Assembly (NCBI GenBank): GCA_002742935.1
Contig: PDON01000043.1
Span: forward strand, 1-20,164
DNA length: 20,164 nucleotides
Source of the DNA: Candidatus Cloacimonadota bacterium
Lineage (GTDB): Bacteria; UBA4055
Direction of reading: 5' to 3'
In this document: positions 17,243-20,164 of the stretch, piece after piece
Layout: the number at the start of each line of letters is the position of its first letter
Numbering within the stretch: position 1 is the first letter of the stretch
Program-made: the position numbers and the translations under genes
The notes under the pieces: generated by a model
What the model was told of the DNA's origin: nothing
Database searches by the model: none
The model's input: only the letters and a program-made list of their open reading frames with translations

Positions 17243-18322
17243 ATGAAATCATTAAATTTTTTTATCATAGTTTTACTTTGTCTACTCTCTCTTAGTTGTT
17301 CTAAAAAGAGAGAAATTAAACTTAATCTTCCTCAGAAAACAAGAGATTATAAGATTATTCATAACAAAAATCAGCCTTTGGATAAAGATTTTTATTATAA
17401 AACAGAGAAACTGTTTACAATCAATAGTGAAAATTCTAACCCATATATTAGCTTCCCTTTGTCGTTTGATGTTGATTCCAAAGGGGATATTTTCATTTTG
17501 GATAGTAGAGAGTCCATTATCTATAAATATAATAGAGATGGTAAATTTCTTAAAAAATTTGGTAAAAAGGGTCAAGGTCCAGGGGAAACAGTCGATCCTA
17601 GTTTTTTGTGTATAATTAATGATACAATCTATTACGGTGGAGTTAGAACCCAAAATATTGTTATCTGTTCAAATGAGGGAGAGTTTATCAAAAAAATAGA
17701 ACTACCTATTCGAAATGGTAACCCTGAGTTTACTACTAGATTTAATAATGATAAGATTATCTCTCAAATATTCTCTATTGAAAAATCGGAAGGTAAAACG
17801 AGGATTAGAGTTGCTGTTTTTGATAAAGAGTTTCAGCTTAAAAACCTACTCAGTGATGTGAGTTTTGAGATGGGAGGTCTCCCTAACTCTTTAACACCTT
17901 TTACCTGTTCAGAGGATAAAATTTATGTGGCTCACAATAGTGACAATGAATATGCTATCGATATTTATAACAGGTATGGAGAATTAGAGACTACTATAAA
18001 AAAGAATTATCATAAAATAGAGTTTAATGATATAGATTTTGGTAAAAAAATTAAGAGTAAGCTTACCAAAAAGTCTATAGTTGGAATGTTTTATGATAAA
18101 AAAAGATCCTTACTACTTGTGAAAAGATCTTTTAAGAGAGATGAAAATAATAGAAATAGATTTTTAGTTGATGTTTTCAAGGATAATAAGTTTATCAATA
18201 CCGTCGACTTGGATATAGGTAAAAGTCGTGATTTTTTCAATCCTCTGTTGCAGGTTAAAATTATAGGGGATAGAATTTATGTTAAAAATCAAGATTTATC
18301 TGTATATAAAATAAAAGATTAG
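17243..18322 (+). CDS. Lipoprotein, beta-propeller/NHL-like paralog of the protein encoded at 8447-9571.
   Basis: The signal and lipobox are MKSLNFFIIVLLCLLSLSC. The motif SKGDIFILDSRESIIYKYNRDGKFLKKFGKKGQGPGE parallels the first lipoprotein. Confidence 0.75.
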   Translation: MKSLNFFIIVLLCLLSLSCSKKREIKLNLPQKTRDYKIIHNKNQPLDKDFYYKTEKLFTINSENSNPYISFPLSFDVDSKGDIFILDSRESIIYKYNRDGKFLKKFGKKGQGPGETVDPSFLCIINDTIYYGGVRTQNIVICSNEGEFIKKIELPIRNGNPEFTTRFNNDKIISQIFSIEKSEGKTRIRVAVFDKEFQLKNLLSDVSFEMGGLPNSLTPFTCSEDKIYVAHNSDNEYAIDIYNRYGELETTIKKNYHKIEFNDIDFGKKIKSKLTKKSIVGMFYDKKRSLLLVKRSFKRDENNRNRFLVDVFKDNKFINTVDLDIGKSRDFFNPLLQVKIIGDRIYVKNQDLSVYKIKD

Positions 18323-18430
18323 AGGAGTTTTTAGTAAATTTATTTACCTTAGGGGATAGGCTATTATTTTAAAATAAATATTTCATTGGTAAAACAATAA
18401 ATTCCTCTCTACTGTAATAAGCTAATTATG

Positions 18431-20038
18431 GAATCATATTTATCATTTCATTTTCAAATCAAAATTGATTATAATATAAGGTAAGGGTATATCACATAAG
18501 GAGAGAGTATGAAATTACCAATTGGAATACAGACATTTAGTGAAATTCGTGAAGATGACTATATCTATATGGATAAAACTAAAGAAGCACTGGAGCTAAT
18601 AGAACAATATAAATATATATTTCTTTCTCGTCCTCGAAGATTTGGGAAATCTCTATTTTTAGATACTTTAAAATCTATTTTTGAAGGCAAGAAAGAGTAT
18701 TTTAAGGGCTTATATATTGAGGATAGATACGATTTCAATCAAAAATTTCCTGTAATTCATATCAGTTTTTCCGGAGATTTACAAACAGATGATGGCTTAA
18801 AACAAACCTTTCAAAGAATATTTAGAGCGAACCAAGAATCTTTGGATATTTCTTGTCCAAAGGATTTTAATTTTGAAAGTTGCCTTGTTCACTTAATAAG
18901 AGAAGCTTATAAAAAATATAACCAAAAAGTTGTTGTTTTAATTGATGAATATGATAAACCAATTTTAGATAATATAGGTAATAATGAAGTTTTAAAAAGG
19001 AGAAGAGAACAACTAAAAAGTTTTTATGGCGTATTAAAAGATAACGATAAATATCTAAGATTTGTATTCTTAACAGGAGTAAGTAAGTTTTCAAAAGTTT
19101 CTATTTTTTCAGGATTAAACAATCTTGAGGATATAACTTTAAGTAGCAATTTTGGAAATATCTGTGGTTATACACATAATGATATAGAGACAACTTTTAA
19201 ACCATTATTAGAAGGTGTTGATTTAGAGAAGTTAAAACATTGGTATAATGGGTACTACTTTTTGAAGGATAAGGTTTATAATCCTTTTGATATTCTACTC
19301 TTTATAAGAGGTAATTTCAGCTATAAAAACTATTGGTTTGAAACAGGGAACCCTTCATTTTTAATTGAGCTTATCAAAAAGAACAACTACTATCTTCCAA
19401 ACCTTGAAAATATAGTTGTTGGAGAGGAGATTTTAAACTCTTTTGATCTTGAAGATATCAACTTAGAAACACTACTTTTTCAAACAGGGTACTTAACTAT
19501 AAAAAAGAGGTTTGAAAAGAGAAATAAAATTAAATTCTCTTTAAAAGTTCCAAACTTAGAAGTAAGAGTTTCTCTAAACTCTGTAGTTTTAAATAAACTT
19601 GTAAGCAATATATCTCAAAAAGAGAAGAATCAAGATGATGCTTATGATTCTCTATTTGATGCAAAGCTAGAAGATTTTAAAACGAGTTTAATCTCTCTAT
19701 TCGCTTCTCTTCCTTACCAAAACTATGTTAAAAACAATATAAATGTTTACGAAGGTTTTTATTCTAGTGTAATCTACTCCTACCTCGCTTCTCTTGGATT
19801 CCCTATAAGTGTAGAGGAGAGTACAAATATGGGAAGATTGGATATGAGTTTACTTGTAAACAATCACAGATATATTTTTGAGTTTAAGGTTGGTAATGAA
19901 AATGCTCTTGCTCAAATTAAAGAGAGTAGATATTATGAAAAATTTCTTAGTGAGAATAGCGATATATATCTAGTTGGGATAAATTTTGATGAAGAGAAAA
20001 AAAATATAAGTAGTTTTGAATGGGAAAAGTTTAGATAA
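18431..20038 (+). repeat. Direct repeat copy 2 (leader plus ATPase-nuclease gene).
   Basis: See copy 1. Similarity is highest across the C-terminal half of the gene and the leader. Confidence 0.9.
18509..20038 (+). CDS. pfam09820-type AAA-ATPase fused to a PD-(D/E)XK nuclease domain (copy 2).
   Basis: It is the same length as copy 1 (509 aa). The N-terminal 87 aa and the C-terminal ~330 aa are nearly identical to copy 1; two internal segments diverge strongly. Its stop lies 27 bp before the right TIR. Confidence 0.85.
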   Translation: MKLPIGIQTFSEIREDDYIYMDKTKEALELIEQYKYIFLSRPRRFGKSLFLDTLKSIFEGKKEYFKGLYIEDRYDFNQKFPVIHISFSGDLQTDDGLKQTFQRIFRANQESLDISCPKDFNFESCLVHLIREAYKKYNQKVVVLIDEYDKPILDNIGNNEVLKRRREQLKSFYGVLKDNDKYLRFVFLTGVSKFSKVSIFSGLNNLEDITLSSNFGNICGYTHNDIETTFKPLLEGVDLEKLKHWYNGYYFLKDKVYNPFDILLFIRGNFSYKNYWFETGNPSFLIELIKKNNYYLPNLENIVVGEEILNSFDLEDINLETLLFQTGYLTIKKRFEKRNKIKFSLKVPNLEVRVSLNSVVLNKLVSNISQKEKNQDDAYDSLFDAKLEDFKTSLISLFASLPYQNYVKNNINVYEGFYSSVIYSYLASLGFPISVEESTNMGRLDMSLLVNNHRYIFEFKVGNENALAQIKESRYYEKFLSENSDIYLVGINFDEEKKNISSFEWEKFR

Positions 20039-20065
20039 GGTTTTACGGACTTTCGAGAAACTTTG

Positions 20066-20164
20066 ACTTTTTCCTGTCTTCCGAAATTTAACACCCATTT
20101 TAAAATCCAAATAATTTAGCAAGATATTTTTGCTCTTCTGTAAGTAATAGTATTTTTTTTATTG
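20066..20164. repeat. Right terminal inverted repeat (99 bp), exact reverse complement of 1-99.
   Basis: See the left TIR entry. The repeat ends exactly at the last base of the window. Confidence 0.95.

Noticed and set aside
1-20164. Linear phage or linear plasmid with protein-primed ITRs (PRD1 or phi29 type), or a hairpin-telomere replicon.
   Set aside because: The window has no DNA polymerase B, terminal protein, capsid, packaging, telomere resolvase or partition genes. The cargo is ordinary chromosomal-type: transport, signalling and glycosidase genes.
1-20164. An autonomous DNA transposon defined by the 99-bp TIRs.
   Set aside because: There is no transposase or integrase ORF anywhere between the repeats. 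Only a non-autonomous or host-recombination scenario remains, and it is kept as an alternative in the findings.
1-20164. A CRISPR array or tRNA/rRNA genes.
   Set aside because: No short direct repeats with regular spacing were found, and no tRNA-like cloverleaf or rRNA-like GC-rich segments.

Overview
This is a low-GC (roughly 30% by eye) bacterial segment with 13 well-supported genes. The most striking feature is that the window is bounded, to the base, by a perfect 99-bp terminal inverted repeat: positions 1-99 are the exact reverse complement of 20066-20164. Read left to right, the window contains a BMP/CUT2-type ABC importer (one tandem-NBD ATPase and two permeases) that has no substrate-binding protein gene within the window. 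Next comes an 883-aa membrane PAS hybrid histidine kinase with a C-terminal receiver-like domain. Its H-box phosphoacceptor His appears to be replaced by Tyr, which is reminiscent of DivL. A GAF-HD-GYP phosphodiesterase follows it closely. Then comes a beta-propeller-type (GxGPGE motif) lipoprotein translationally coupled to an SPFH/band-7 membrane protein. Convergent with these on the minus strand is a membrane-anchored MutS-domain-V ABC-ATPase. The minus strand also carries a GH20 beta-N-acetylhexosaminidase that has no signal peptide, plus a small lipoprotein. Near the right end, a pair of 509-aa paralogs flanks a second copy of the propeller lipoprotein. Each paralog is predicted to have a pfam09820-type AAA-ATPase N-terminal half and a PD-(D/E)XK nuclease C-terminal half. 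They share near-identical C-terminal halves and leader sequences but contain two short hypervariable segments. No transposase, integrase, replication or phage genes, no tRNA and no CRISPR array are visible. Several ORF-track starts use GTG/TTG where a nearby ATG with a better GGAG-type RBS is more plausible. The source taxon cannot be fixed from the sequence alone. Spirochaete-like lipoboxes, the BMP-type transporter and the expanded ATPase-nuclease family fit Spirochaetota, Bacteroidota or Fusobacteriota-like genomes.
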